This document shows positions 55,823 to 64,000 of a stretch of DNA of 64,000 nt, in pieces. The DNA comes from Verrucomicrobiota bacterium. GTDB lineage: Bacteria; Verrucomicrobiota; Verrucomicrobiia; Chthoniobacterales; SZAS-18. The notes beneath the pieces are model-generated. The model saw only the letters and a program-made list of their open reading frames with translations. It was not told where the DNA came from and searched no databases. How positions within the stretch are numbered: position 1 is the first letter of the stretch; the number at the start of each line of letters is the position of its first letter. The position numbers and the translations under genes are program-made. The stretch is taken from positions 2,383-66,382 of the forward strand of contig JANXRG010000059.1 in NCBI GenBank assembly GCA_025353105.1. Reading direction: 5' to 3'.

Positions 55823-57691
55823 TCACGTATTGGCACGTTCAAACTGGGCAAAACGTTTTTTGGCTTCCGCGACGAGGTCTTGGTAACGCGGATCGTCGCG
55901 AATGGGATCGAGGGAAGTATCGGTCTCAAACCACCGAAGCTGTTGCGACTTGGCCTCGGCAAACACCGGGGCCAGCAGTTCGAGGGCTTCGTTGTTCTGC
56001 CCCAATCGAACCAGCGAGCAAGCCAGGTTGTAGCGGAGATTGACATTGTCCGGATCTAGGAGAAGGGCGCGATCGATCCATTCCTTGACCCTTTCGACCT
56101 CACCAAGAGTCGCCAGGGCGGTGACGCCGAAGCCCATGGCAACGCCGTGGTCCGGTTCGGCGACAATGACCCTCTCCACCCGTTCAAGCGTACGCCGGGC
56201 CGCCGACTCCGCCCCTTCGGTGCCTCCCTTTGCCTCGTGGCATTGAATACTCATGCCTAGGGCCCAAAAATCCGTCTCGCTTGCCACGGCGGCGCGCTCA
56301 AGGCATCCGATGGCTTCGTCGTAACGCTTGAGTGCAATGAAGCAACGTGCGGCGGCGGCATTGACCTCGTAATTGTCGGGATCGAGCTGCAAGGCGATCT
56401 GGTGTTCCGCGAGCCCTTCGGAAAATCGCCCGTCGTCGCTGAGGATTCGGCCCTTGGCCGCGTGCGCCTCGGCGAGATTTGGTTCGAGCGCGAGCGCCCG
56501 CTCCGCCGCCGACCAGCCCGTATCGCCGAAACCGCGCGCGAGAATCACGTTGTTTGATTTGCAGATCGCGAGCAGCGCCCAGGCCCGGGCGTAGGCGGCG
56601 TCGATTTCGATCGCGCGTTCGCAGAGCCGGATGCTGATCGGACGGTGACGCGTGTTTCCGGTCGTGTTGTATTTCCGCGCCATCAGGTAGAGTTTGTACG
56701 CTTCCGGATTCGTGGTGGAACGCTGCTCAATCGCAATTTTTTCCGCGGGCAACAATTTTAGCTTCAGCGCCTTGACGACCGCCTCCGAGATTTCGTCCTG
56801 CAAGGCAAAGATGTCATTCAAGTCGCGGTCGTAACGCTCGGCCCAGAGGTGGCTGTCGGTCGCCGCCTCGATCAACTGCGCCGTGACCCGCACCCGGTTG
56901 CCGGACTTGCGCACGCTTCCTTCCAGCACATGGGTGACCTTCAACTCGCGCGCCACCTGCCCGATGGCGATCGGTTTCGCCTTGAAGGTGAACGAAGTAT
57001 TGCGCGACAGGACCGTGAGCGCGGAGATCTTGCTCAAATCGGTGATGATGTCCTCGGTGATGCCGTCGCTGAAATATTCCTGTTCCGGATCCCCGCTCAT
57101 GTTGGTGAAGGGCAGAACGAAGATCGAAGGACCCTGGTGGCGGGAGGCGGCGGCGGGGGTCGATGGCGCGTCCCCCAAGGTCGCCGCGCGCAGTGCAAAC
57201 ACGCGGACGGGTCGCTCGATATTCTTGACGTTGTGCTCGCCGAGATCCTCAAATTCGACCGCAACCTTGCCGGCGACCTGATCGCGCACGACGCGCGACG
57301 TGGCAACCCCGCCGGGGGAGGCCAGCGACTGCAACCGCGTCGCGACGTTGACGCCGTCGCCGTAGATGTCGTCGCCTTCGACCATGACTTCACCGAGGTT
57401 GATCCCGATGCGATAGCGAATGCGCCCGGTCCCGCCGGGATCGGGCGCGGCCTCTGTCGCTTCTTGAATCTCCTGCGCGCATTTGATCGCGGAGACGATG
57501 CTGGCGAATTCCACCAGCGCGCCATCCCCCAACAGTTTGAAGATGCGACCCCCGTGCGCTGCGACCCGCGGATCGAAAATTGTCCGGCGGTTTGCTTGTA
57601 ACCGTTCCAGCGTGCCAGCCTCGTCGCGCTCCATGAGGGCGCTGTATCCGACCACGTCGGCCGAAACGATGACTGTAAGCTTCCGTTGCAT
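55823..57691 (-). CDS. Class III adenylate/guanylate cyclase with a C-terminal TPR region
   Basis: N-terminal cyclase domain (VIVSADVVGYSALM, FKLLGDGALVEF, GINLGEVMVEGDDIYGDGVNVATRL), then a TolB-N-like linker and TPR repeats. Confidence 0.85.
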   Translation of the reverse strand: MQRKLTVIVSADVVGYSALMERDEAGTLERLQANRRTIFDPRVAAHGGRIFKLLGDGALVEFASIVSAIKCAQEIQEATEAAPDPGGTGRIRYRIGINLGEVMVEGDDIYGDGVNVATRLQSLASPGGVATSRVVRDQVAGKVAVEFEDLGEHNVKNIERPVRVFALRAATLGDAPSTPAAASRHQGPSIFVLPFTNMSGDPEQEYFSDGITEDIITDLSKISALTVLSRNTSFTFKAKPIAIGQVARELKVTHVLEGSVRKSGNRVRVTAQLIEAATDSHLWAERYDRDLNDIFALQDEISEAVVKALKLKLLPAEKIAIEQRSTTNPEAYKLYLMARKYNTTGNTRHRPISIRLCERAIEIDAAYARAWALLAICKSNNVILARGFGDTGWSAAERALALEPNLAEAHAAKGRILSDDGRFSEGLAEHQIALQLDPDNYEVNAAAARCFIALKRYDEAIGCLERAAVASETDFWALGMSIQCHEAKGGTEGAESAARRTLERVERVIVAEPDHGVAMGFGVTALATLGEVERVKEWIDRALLLDPDNVNLRYNLACSLVRLGQNNEALELLAPVFAEAKSQQLRWFETDTSLDPIRDDPRYQDLVAEAKKRFAQFERANT

Positions 57692-58078
57692 TAGTTTGGG
57701 CGATTACCTGGCTAGCGGCGGGACAAGCACCGCGACGGGGACGACCAGAAAAATCGGACAGCGTCGCTCCAGACGCAAGATCTTACGTTCTAAAGCGTCC
57801 CGAAGAATTGGTTGCGCCGATGCAAACCTGAACGCCATCGACCCGCTCTTTTCCCCCGCCGCCGCCGGCGCGCTTTCCCTGGAAGAGCAGCTTGAGACCC
57901 TGCGAATCCCGCTCCTGCCGCATGGGAGCCAATTGTAAATCGTCCGCCGCGAGAAAACACGCCACGCTGCCAACGGCTTTTATGCACAGCGACGGACGTG
58001 GTGTCAGGACAAAATATCGTCTACTTGAACCAGGGAGAGGACGGCGATCAGCGACGAGTCAGGTCGTTCGCTTTGTTC

Positions 58079-58522
58079 TCACGGCTTGATCCACGGTTTG
58101 ATCTGATTCGGTGTCGTCGCTTTGGATGGCGACTCAATCCGCTCCAGCTTGGCAATGCGCGCCTGGAATTCCTGCGTAACCCGCACATCCCAGATCCCGG
58201 ACGGGATCGTAATGGTGTGCGCCTTGGTCGGAGGCGGTGCCGGCTCTTCGGCGCTGGTCTCGACGTGGGGCAAAACCTCCGCCAGCTTGCTCGATGGAAC
58301 CGTCGCCGACGTCGCCAGCGCCATGATTTCCTCGCCGAGGTCGCGCAATTGCTCGGGAAGCAGTCGGACAAAATATTCATCCCGGCCCTTCTCGCGGACT
58401 TCGAACCCACCTTCGATCGGTATAATGGCAAAGATCTGACGGTCTTCCAAGGCCGCCAAGGCGGAGAGATATTCAAGGCCAGGCGTAGAATCGCCGGATT
58501 GCGATACAGATTCGTGACTCAT
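58079..58522 (-). CDS. Hypothetical protein (147 aa), intact copy of the 55106..55349 remnant
   Basis: Start trimmed to MSHESV (ATG 58522). The longer track ORF runs into a repeat element. Confidence 0.55.
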   Translation of the reverse strand: MSHESVSQSGDSTPGLEYLSALAALEDRQIFAIIPIEGGFEVREKGRDEYFVRLLPEQLRDLGEEIMALATSATVPSSKLAEVLPHVETSAEEPAPPPTKAHTITIPSGIWDVRVTQEFQARIAKLERIESPSKATTPNQIKPWIKP

Positions 58523-58576
58523 CGTTTGTCTTTTTTCGGTGAAACTTGTGATGTGGATTCGGGGACGGGTTTGAAG

Positions 58577-58648
58577 TAACCGCAGATTAACGCAGATTGG
58601 AGTCGGCTCGGAGTAACCACGAACGAACACGAATTAACGCAAATGAAC
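58577..58648. repeat. REP-like word repeat (GTAACCGCAGATTAACGCAGATTGG / GTAACCACGAACGAACACGAATTAACGCAAATGAAC)
   Basis: Two adjacent related units, read directly. Confidence 0.5.
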
Positions 58649-59335
58649 TCAGGGACTGCGGATCGCAGGAGACTTGCGCAGTGGCCCGGCTTTCCTGGGG
58701 ATTCGATGACTTCGACGTTGAGGCGGGGCGGGAAATAATTTTTGAAGGATTCGCTCATCGGATCAGGCTTAGAAAGGTGGTGTTGCAAAGTGTGACAAAA
58801 AAGCGCTGCGGGCAGCCGCGGCGCGTTGCTCAAGATCCGTGTAAAGCCAACCGCATTCCAAGTGCCACAGATAAAATTCCCGGCGGAGAAATTCTGTCTG
58901 TAAGGTTTGTTCAAATTTTGCGTACGCGAGGTGAAACGCGGGAGGGAGTCGCCGACGACAACCGCCGCGACCACGCCGTTTGCGCGTGGCACCCGCCACA
59001 GAAGCCGTCGCGGGCAGGTTGGCAGCGTATTGCCGACACGCGGGGATCACCTCCTGGGAAGCTTTTGGTTCCACTGCGCGCGGTAAGCCAGGCGGGCCAG
59101 CGATGTGGATTTGCGGGCACCTTTTTCCCGAAATCCCGGCCTGCGTTTCTTTACGATGGAGGGGGAGTGGCCGCAATCCTGGGCGCGCCCGTCCACGTTT
59201 TGACCCGCGACTCAGCGGAGCAGATGTCGAACCCATACCGGCGCGCGTCGATCCTCGTCGACGCGAAGGTGATCTATCGTTGCTTAAGCCGCGTCAAAGA
59301 CTCAAGACGCCCAGCTGCACGACGTGCTGGAGCCG

Positions 59336-59385
59336 CCGCGGCGCGCAGCGCCGCTCCGACACTCGAAGATCGAAATGCGAAGAAA
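59336..59385 (+). repeat. Hairpin + tail module, copy D
   Basis: Stem GCGGCG/CGCCGC (59338-59354), then TCCGACACTCGAAGATCGAAATGCGAAG. Confidence 0.65.
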
Positions 59386-59530
59386 GCTTAAGGCGTCGAG
59401 AAAGTCTGCGTGGAAAGGACCAAGGCGGAATATTGCCCACGCGGGGATTGCTCGAACGTAATCCCGGCCACTTATGCCAACTCTGCCTTGGCGTGCAATT
59501 CGAGACGAAGTACGAAATCCGGAAATCCGG

Positions 59531-59839
59531 TCAGCGGTAGTAGACGCGGCGATAGCTCACGTACCGAACCCCGTGGCGGTAACGCACCACCCGAACCGTG
59601 CGGTAGTGACGATGATGACGGTAGCCGTCGTTCCGATATTCACCGTTGTACGAACGGGCCTCGATGCGGTTGGGATCTACGACAACGGTCACCTGACTGA
59701 TGCGGAGGTCAGCGCCCGATGCGAGTAGAGCGGCGGTGCGATCGGCGGGTGTCGCGGGGACAACCGCTGCGGCGCCGTGGGAAGAAAGGGAAAAGCTGGC
59801 CGCGACAATTGCGAGCAGTGCAAACGGTAATTTTTTCAT
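59531..59839 (-). CDS. Small secreted protein with an Arg/Tyr/His-rich C-terminal half
   Basis: Signal peptide MKKLPFALLAIVAASFSLSSHGAA. Tail ...YRNDGYRHHRHYRTVRVVRYRHGVRYVSYRRVYYR. Confidence 0.6.
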   Translation of the reverse strand: MKKLPFALLAIVAASFSLSSHGAAAVVPATPADRTAALLASGADLRISQVTVVVDPNRIEARSYNGEYRNDGYRHHRHYRTVRVVRYRHGVRYVSYRRVYYR

Positions 59840-59955
59840 AGGATGGGATGGTGAGCCGGCCAGTGGGGCAAGCTCCCTTACAACGCGAAATCGTTCTCCC
59901 CGGGGTCGGCAGGTCTATAAAACGAAGCGATGTTGGAAATTGCAGTTTCACCCGC

Positions 59956-60798
59956 TCACCGTCTGGCGCGGAGGATCCCATATCGCATCGCTCCGCACGC
60001 GTACGCGAATCGAAGCCGAAAGAGGGTCCGGGCGAAGACCCGGCTGGGGTAGTTGCGTGAAAACAAGATGTGCCGGTAGTCCGCCCGCGAGGGCAGCGCC
60101 CCGAAGAAACGCTTGATGCAGCGCGTCCAGGTCTGGGCCACGCGGTCCGACAGGTCCTCGAAGGCAATGTCCCGGAATTTCTCCGCCGCCATGAGCTCGC
60201 GATATTCGCGCTCGGAACCCAAGCCAACGAGGCGACCCTCGCGGCAAATCGGCTCGAGGAGATGACGCACCTGCCAGGACCCGGGCGACTCGGCGCTCAG
60301 CCAGGCCGCCACGGCGAGGCGGCCGCCCGGCTTGAGCACGCGGCGGCACTCGGAATAGAAGCGCGCGAGATCCGGCATGTGTTCGGAACTCTCGATGGCG
60401 ATGACGGCGTCGTAAGACTCGTCCGCGAACGGATTGGCCATCCAATCGCCGTGCACGAATTCCACGCGCTCGGACGCCGATTGACCCGATGCTGCGACGT
60501 CGAACTGGGATTTCGAAATCGTGATCGCGCTCACCGTGGCATTCCACTCGCGGGCGAGCAAGCGCGCGGCGGCGCCGTAGCCACAGCCCACGTCGCAAAT
60601 CCGATCGCCGCGTTGGATCCCGGCGGCCTGTGCGACGCGGCGGGTCAGGTTTGCCACCGCGGTCGGGATGTCCTCGCTCCCCGATTCCCAGAGGCCGTGA
60701 TGCACATCCTCGCCCCAGACGCCGCGATAGATGATATCGAGTTCATCATAATGCGCCGCCACGTCGGACGAACCGATCGAAGCAGAAGGCGTGATCAT
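59956..60798 (-). CDS. Class I SAM-dependent methyltransferase (Methyltransf_11-like)
   Basis: HYDELDIIYRGVWGEDVHHGLW, SAM motif I ICDVGCGYGAAA and LKPGGRL. Start trimmed to ATG 60798. Confidence 0.8.
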   Translation of the reverse strand: MITPSASIGSSDVAAHYDELDIIYRGVWGEDVHHGLWESGSEDIPTAVANLTRRVAQAAGIQRGDRICDVGCGYGAAARLLAREWNATVSAITISKSQFDVAASGQSASERVEFVHGDWMANPFADESYDAVIAIESSEHMPDLARFYSECRRVLKPGGRLAVAAWLSAESPGSWQVRHLLEPICREGRLVGLGSEREYRELMAAEKFRDIAFEDLSDRVAQTWTRCIKRFFGALPSRADYRHILFSRNYPSRVFARTLFRLRFAYACGAMRYGILRARR

Positions 60799-60841
60799 GT
60801 CATCCCTGCGCGGCGGCCGACGCGCCCGAAGCGCCTCGACG

Positions 60842-62869
60842 TCACATACTTTGCATGTGCTCGTCCGGGCGGACCACCGTCGGAAACGTGATGCCGTGTT
60901 CCGTAAGCAGGTTGAAGACACGGGCGAGGAGCGTCTTGTAATTCTCGTCAAAGACGTCGTCGCGCTCGCGGCCCTGCATGGCCTCGAAGTCGGACTTGGC
61001 CTGCGCCAGCTTTAAACCGAGCAAGGTTTGAAATTGCGCGCGCTCACCCGGCGTCGGTCCATCCGAGAAGGCGTCGCGGCTCGTCGCCTCGTCCTCGGCA
61101 GCACCGGTTAGTTCGTCCACCCGGAGGCGGAGTTCCGAAACCGTTTCCTCGAGGCGCACATTGTGTTGGCGGAGGGCCGTCACCTCGCTTTCGGGCATCG
61201 GCGCCTCGGCGGGTTCCGCGGCCCGGCCACGGCGGCCGCGCCCTGGCTTCGTAAATCCATCGTCGCGTTGACGGAGATTCGATCGCGCCACGTCCAACTC
61301 GGTCTTCAACTGGCTGTACTGGCGCTCGATCATCCGGAGGGCTTCGCGGACGTCGAAACCGCGCTCAAACCGGCTGCCCGATTTTTCGCGCGGCTCGCGG
61401 TGGACCGTGTCGTCGGGGCTCGCCTCGACCGCGGCCCCGTTCGCGTCGCCGGATGCGGCTTGGGAAACGCTCTTGCCGAGCCGGCGTAATCGACCGCGTT
61501 CGCGGCGGGTCATGCGTCGTCCCGGCGCGGCCGTCGCGCCGGACGGATCGGCTGGGTCCGCCGAAGCAGCCTCGTCGTCGGACTCGGCCTCATCATCGTT
61601 TGACTCGTCGTCGTCCTCGTCGTCCGCCTCCCCGGCGTCGCGGGCCTCGGTGGCCTCGCGCGCATCCTCTTCCGCGGCGGTGCCGTAGCTGTCGTCCGTG
61701 CCTGAACTCGATTCTCGGCGCGCCTCGCCCGACGAAGTCGCCTCGGTCGATTCCTCGCCGGCCGCTTCCGCGCTGGCGATAACGCTGGCGAGCGTCTCGG
61801 GCAGAACGGCGACTTCCTTTTTCAGTGAGGCCTTCCATTTTGGGCTCCAGCGGCGGACGCCCTCGACGATGATCTCGAGTGAATCTTCGGGCAGTTTCTC
61901 GAGTCGATCGGCATCGGCGATCCATTTCAAGAGTGAGAGCTGCGTGAAGGGCGGCACGTTGCCGCCGGCGAAGCAGGAGGCGACCGCGACGTGGATGACC
62001 GCGGCGGACTCCGCGGGGCGCCATTCGGCGAGCGGCAGCTGGCAGATCCAGGGCCGGCCCTTGCCGACCATTACCGCGTCGAAATTGCGACGCTCGGATT
62101 TCGAAAGCGGTTCCTCGCCGGAAGCCTTTTTCATCTCGACGCAGACTGCCCCGATGATTTTCGCGGCGACCTCGACGTCCTGTTTGAAGAGGCCGCGGGC
62201 GAGGCTCAGTCGGATGCGGCGGGCCGCCTCCGTGCGTTGCTCTTCGCGCTTCAATCCGGTGACCAGCGCCTCGCGGGCGGTGGCGCTCATGTCGGCCCAC
62301 GCGGCGGTGACAGCGGTGGCGCCGACGTTCCAATTCAGTGACGGCAGCGCGGCGAGGGCTGACGTGAGGCTGTGGCCGCCCGCGGTGAGAAGGGCTTTTA
62401 GGAGCTGGACAGCCTCGTCCTCCTCCGAGGGACGAAGACGCGTAGAAACAGCGCGTTCGGCTAGGGCGGCGAGGCGAACCGCGGGGTCCGCGGAATCGCC
62501 GCCGGACACAGCCGAATCAGCGGGGGACGAAGGGGCGTGGCCGCTCTCGTGTTCGCCGCTGGGTGGAGCGGCCGGATCGGCAACGGGTTCGGGAGAAAAA
62601 TGGGGGGCGTCCGAGTGACCGGCGGGTGGGAGTGATGCCGGTGTCTCAGGCGCGTTTTCCGGATGGGAATCGTTCGCGTTCAAGAAGACTCCTTTAGCTC
62701 TTTCGCCCAGCTTGTCCACTAACGTCGCGTCGCGTCGGCTGCGCCGTCGCTTCGCTCCGAATGACGAAATCAGAATGACGAGCCGAGGTTCACGGGGTGG
62801 ACCGAGACAGCCGGTCAAGCCGCGCAGGGTAGCGGCGACGGAGGCGGGAGCCAAAGGAGGCAACCCCAA
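60842..62869 (-). CDS. Large hypothetical protein with an acidic low-complexity linker and a coiled-coil C-terminus
   Basis: One long open frame. D/E-rich stretch (EADDEDDDESNDDEAESDDEAA) and heptad-like C-terminal segments. Track start is TTG 62869; GTG 62719 (VDKLGERAKG) is the alternative. There is no early ATG. Confidence 0.55.
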   Translation of the reverse strand: MGLPPLAPASVAATLRGLTGCLGPPREPRLVILISSFGAKRRRSRRDATLVDKLGERAKGVFLNANDSHPENAPETPASLPPAGHSDAPHFSPEPVADPAAPPSGEHESGHAPSSPADSAVSGGDSADPAVRLAALAERAVSTRLRPSEEDEAVQLLKALLTAGGHSLTSALAALPSLNWNVGATAVTAAWADMSATAREALVTGLKREEQRTEAARRIRLSLARGLFKQDVEVAAKIIGAVCVEMKKASGEEPLSKSERRNFDAVMVGKGRPWICQLPLAEWRPAESAAVIHVAVASCFAGGNVPPFTQLSLLKWIADADRLEKLPEDSLEIIVEGVRRWSPKWKASLKKEVAVLPETLASVIASAEAAGEESTEATSSGEARRESSSGTDDSYGTAAEEDAREATEARDAGEADDEDDDESNDDEAESDDEAASADPADPSGATAAPGRRMTRRERGRLRRLGKSVSQAASGDANGAAVEASPDDTVHREPREKSGSRFERGFDVREALRMIERQYSQLKTELDVARSNLRQRDDGFTKPGRGRRGRAAEPAEAPMPESEVTALRQHNVRLEETVSELRLRVDELTGAAEDEATSRDAFSDGPTPGERAQFQTLLGLKLAQAKSDFEAMQGRERDDVFDENYKTLLARVFNLLTEHGITFPTVVRPDEHMQSM

Positions 62870-62965
62870 ATTAACGACGAATTCCGGACCCGGGGACGAG
62901 TGCGATTACCGTCGACCGTTCGGCATTCGGCATTCGAAATTTGGCATTTAGGAGCGAAGCGACGG

Positions 62966-64000
62966 TCACACTCCCAACTCGGCTTTGACCTCGCCAAACG
63001 CGCGGATGGCGAAATCGAGATCTTCGACGCGGTGACCCGCCGACACCTGGGTGCGGATGCGCGCCTGACCCTGCGGTACGACGGGGTAAAAGAAGCCGAC
63101 CACGTACACGCCCTTCTCAAGCATGCGCGAGGCGAAGCGCTGCGAGAGCGCGGCGTCGCCAAGCATGACGGGGACAATGGGGTGCGTGCCGGGTTTGATC
63201 GTGAGCCCGGCCTCGGTAAGCCCCGCGCGGAAGCGCTGCGTGTTGGCGGCGAGCAGATCGCGGAGTTCGGTCGAGCGCGTGAGCATTTCGAGCACTTTCA
63301 ATCCGGCGGCGACGATGGGTGGCGCAATCGTGTTCGAAAACAGGTAGGGCCGCGAACGCTGACGCAGGAGGGCGATGACCTCGCGCTTGCCGCTCGTGTA
63401 GCCGCCGCTGCCGCCACCGAGCGCCTTGCCGAGCGTGCCGGTTGTCGCGGCGAAGCGATCCATCTTCACCCCACAATGCTCGTGCGTGCCGCGTCCCGTC
63501 TTACCGAGGAAACCCGTGGCATGGCAGTCGTCGAAGTGCACGAGAGCCCCGTATTTTTCCGCAAGATCACAAACTGATTTGAGATCGGCAATGTGGCCAT
63601 CCATTGAGAAGACGCCGTCGGTGGTGACCAGCTTGAACCGCGCGCCCTTGGCGTCGGCCTCCTTGAGCTTCGCCTCGAGATCGTTCGAGTCGCCATTCTT
63701 GTAACGGTAGCGCGCGGCCTTGCAGAGCCGGATGCCGTCGATGATTGACGCGTGGTTCAGCTCGTCGCTGATCACGGCATCCTCGGGTCCGAGCAGCGTC
63801 TCAAAAAAGCCGCCATTCGCGTCGAAGCAGGACGGATAGAGAATCGTGTCCTCCGTGCCGAGAAATACGGAAAGCGCCGTCTCGAGCTGCTTGTGGATTT
63901 CCTGCGTGCCGCAGATGAAGCGGACCGAGGCGAGCCCAAAGCCCCACCGGTCGAGCGCCGCCTTCGCGGCGGCGACAACTTCCGGGTGGTCGGCGAGGCC
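62966..64000 (-). CDS. kbl: Glycine C-acetyltransferase (2-amino-3-ketobutyrate CoA ligase); 5' end outside the window
   Basis: [20 protein letters not shown] (PLP lysine region) and [10 protein letters not shown]. Own translation shows the frame stays open to the window edge (...[15 protein letters not shown]...[11 protein letters not shown]...). Confidence 0.9.
   Translation of the reverse strand, partial: GLADHPEVVAAAKAALDRWGFGLASVRFICGTQEIHKQLETALSVFLGTEDTILYPSCFDANGGFFETLLGPEDAVISDELNHASIIDGIRLCKAARYRYKNGDSNDLEAKLKEADAKGARFKLVTTDGVFSMDGHIADLKSVCDLAEKYGALVHFDDCHATGFLGKTGRGTHEHCGVKMDRFAATTGTLGKALGGGSGGYTSGKREVIALLRQRSRPYLFSNTIAPPIVAAGLKVLEMLTRSTELRDLLAANTQRFRAGLTEAGLTIKPGTHPIVPVMLGDAALSQRFASRMLEKGVYVVGFFYPVVPQGQARIRTQVSAGHRVEDLDFAIRAFGEVKAELGV

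Noticed and set aside
55823-57691. Cyclase as part of a cyclic-nucleotide defence system (Pycsar/CBASS-like).
   Set aside because: The protein has the common signalling architecture (class III cyclase + TPR). No adjacent effector with a cNMP-binding, TIR, TM-pore or nuclease domain could be recognised, and the neighbour is an uncharacterised 147-aa ORFan.
58519-59391. ORFs 58519..58992 (-), 58597..59391 (+), 58769..59236 (-) and 58980..59540 (+) as genes, including a possible IS200/RAYT-like transposase.
   Set aside because: They are mutually overlapping, have skewed composition, carry no recognisable motifs and partly consist of repeat words. I kept the region as non-coding or decayed and reported it as a finding instead.

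Overview
The window is a GC-rich (by eye, not computed) bacterial chromosomal segment, densely coded on both strands. All protein calls rest on motif and family recognition from the translated ORFs. No homology search, covariance model or folding program was run.

The first ~51 kb is ordinary core metabolism. It holds: pxpC/pxpB; a fasciclin protein; an HMG-CoA-lyase-family enzyme; an LctP-type permease; the Moco genes (mogA and a tight moaA-MFS-CNT-moaC-ORF operon); secreted cell-wall hydrolases (NlpC/P60-like, M23); a CDF exporter; an S1/P1 nuclease; an Rrf2 regulator with a UbiD-family decarboxylase; argC-argJ-argB; a sulfate-assimilation operon (cysI-sbp-cysT-cysW, no cysA) followed by two secreted TonB_C-like paralogs; and a C2/C3-acid block (iclR-glcDEF, UDG-family gene, mmsA, Fe-ADH, orphan binding protein, malate synthase A).

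Next comes a small accessory patch (5'-truncated, frameshifted sulfatase remnant, PRTase, GNAT, DUF1697, membrane protein + XRE pair), followed by DedA, a VOC protein, a P450 and a HAD hydrolase.

52.2-59.5 kb is a mosaic accessory region seeded on tRNA-Lys(UUU). It has two identical tRNA copies plus a collapsed third unit, vapBC, ORFans, an IS630-family remnant fused to a decayed gene copy, a class III cyclase with TPR repeats, and ~0.9 kb without convincing coding.

The window ends with a secreted R/Y/H-rich peptide, a SAM methyltransferase, a large acidic coiled-coil ORFan and kbl (cut by the edge).

I did not find a recognisable new multi-gene protein system such as a defence or biosynthetic cluster. 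The most unusual signals I can support are non-coding:
- a recurrent GC-hairpin + (TCCG)AAACTCGAAGG tail module with compensatory stem changes at five loci
- a ~110-bp repeat with a co-varying internal stem
- heptamer 'word' repeats arranged as long inverted pairs between genes
- a shared TTTCC-N7-GGAAA box at iclR and upstream of malate synthase

The repeat style reminds me of Verrucomicrobiota/Planctomycetota genomes, but that is only an impression.
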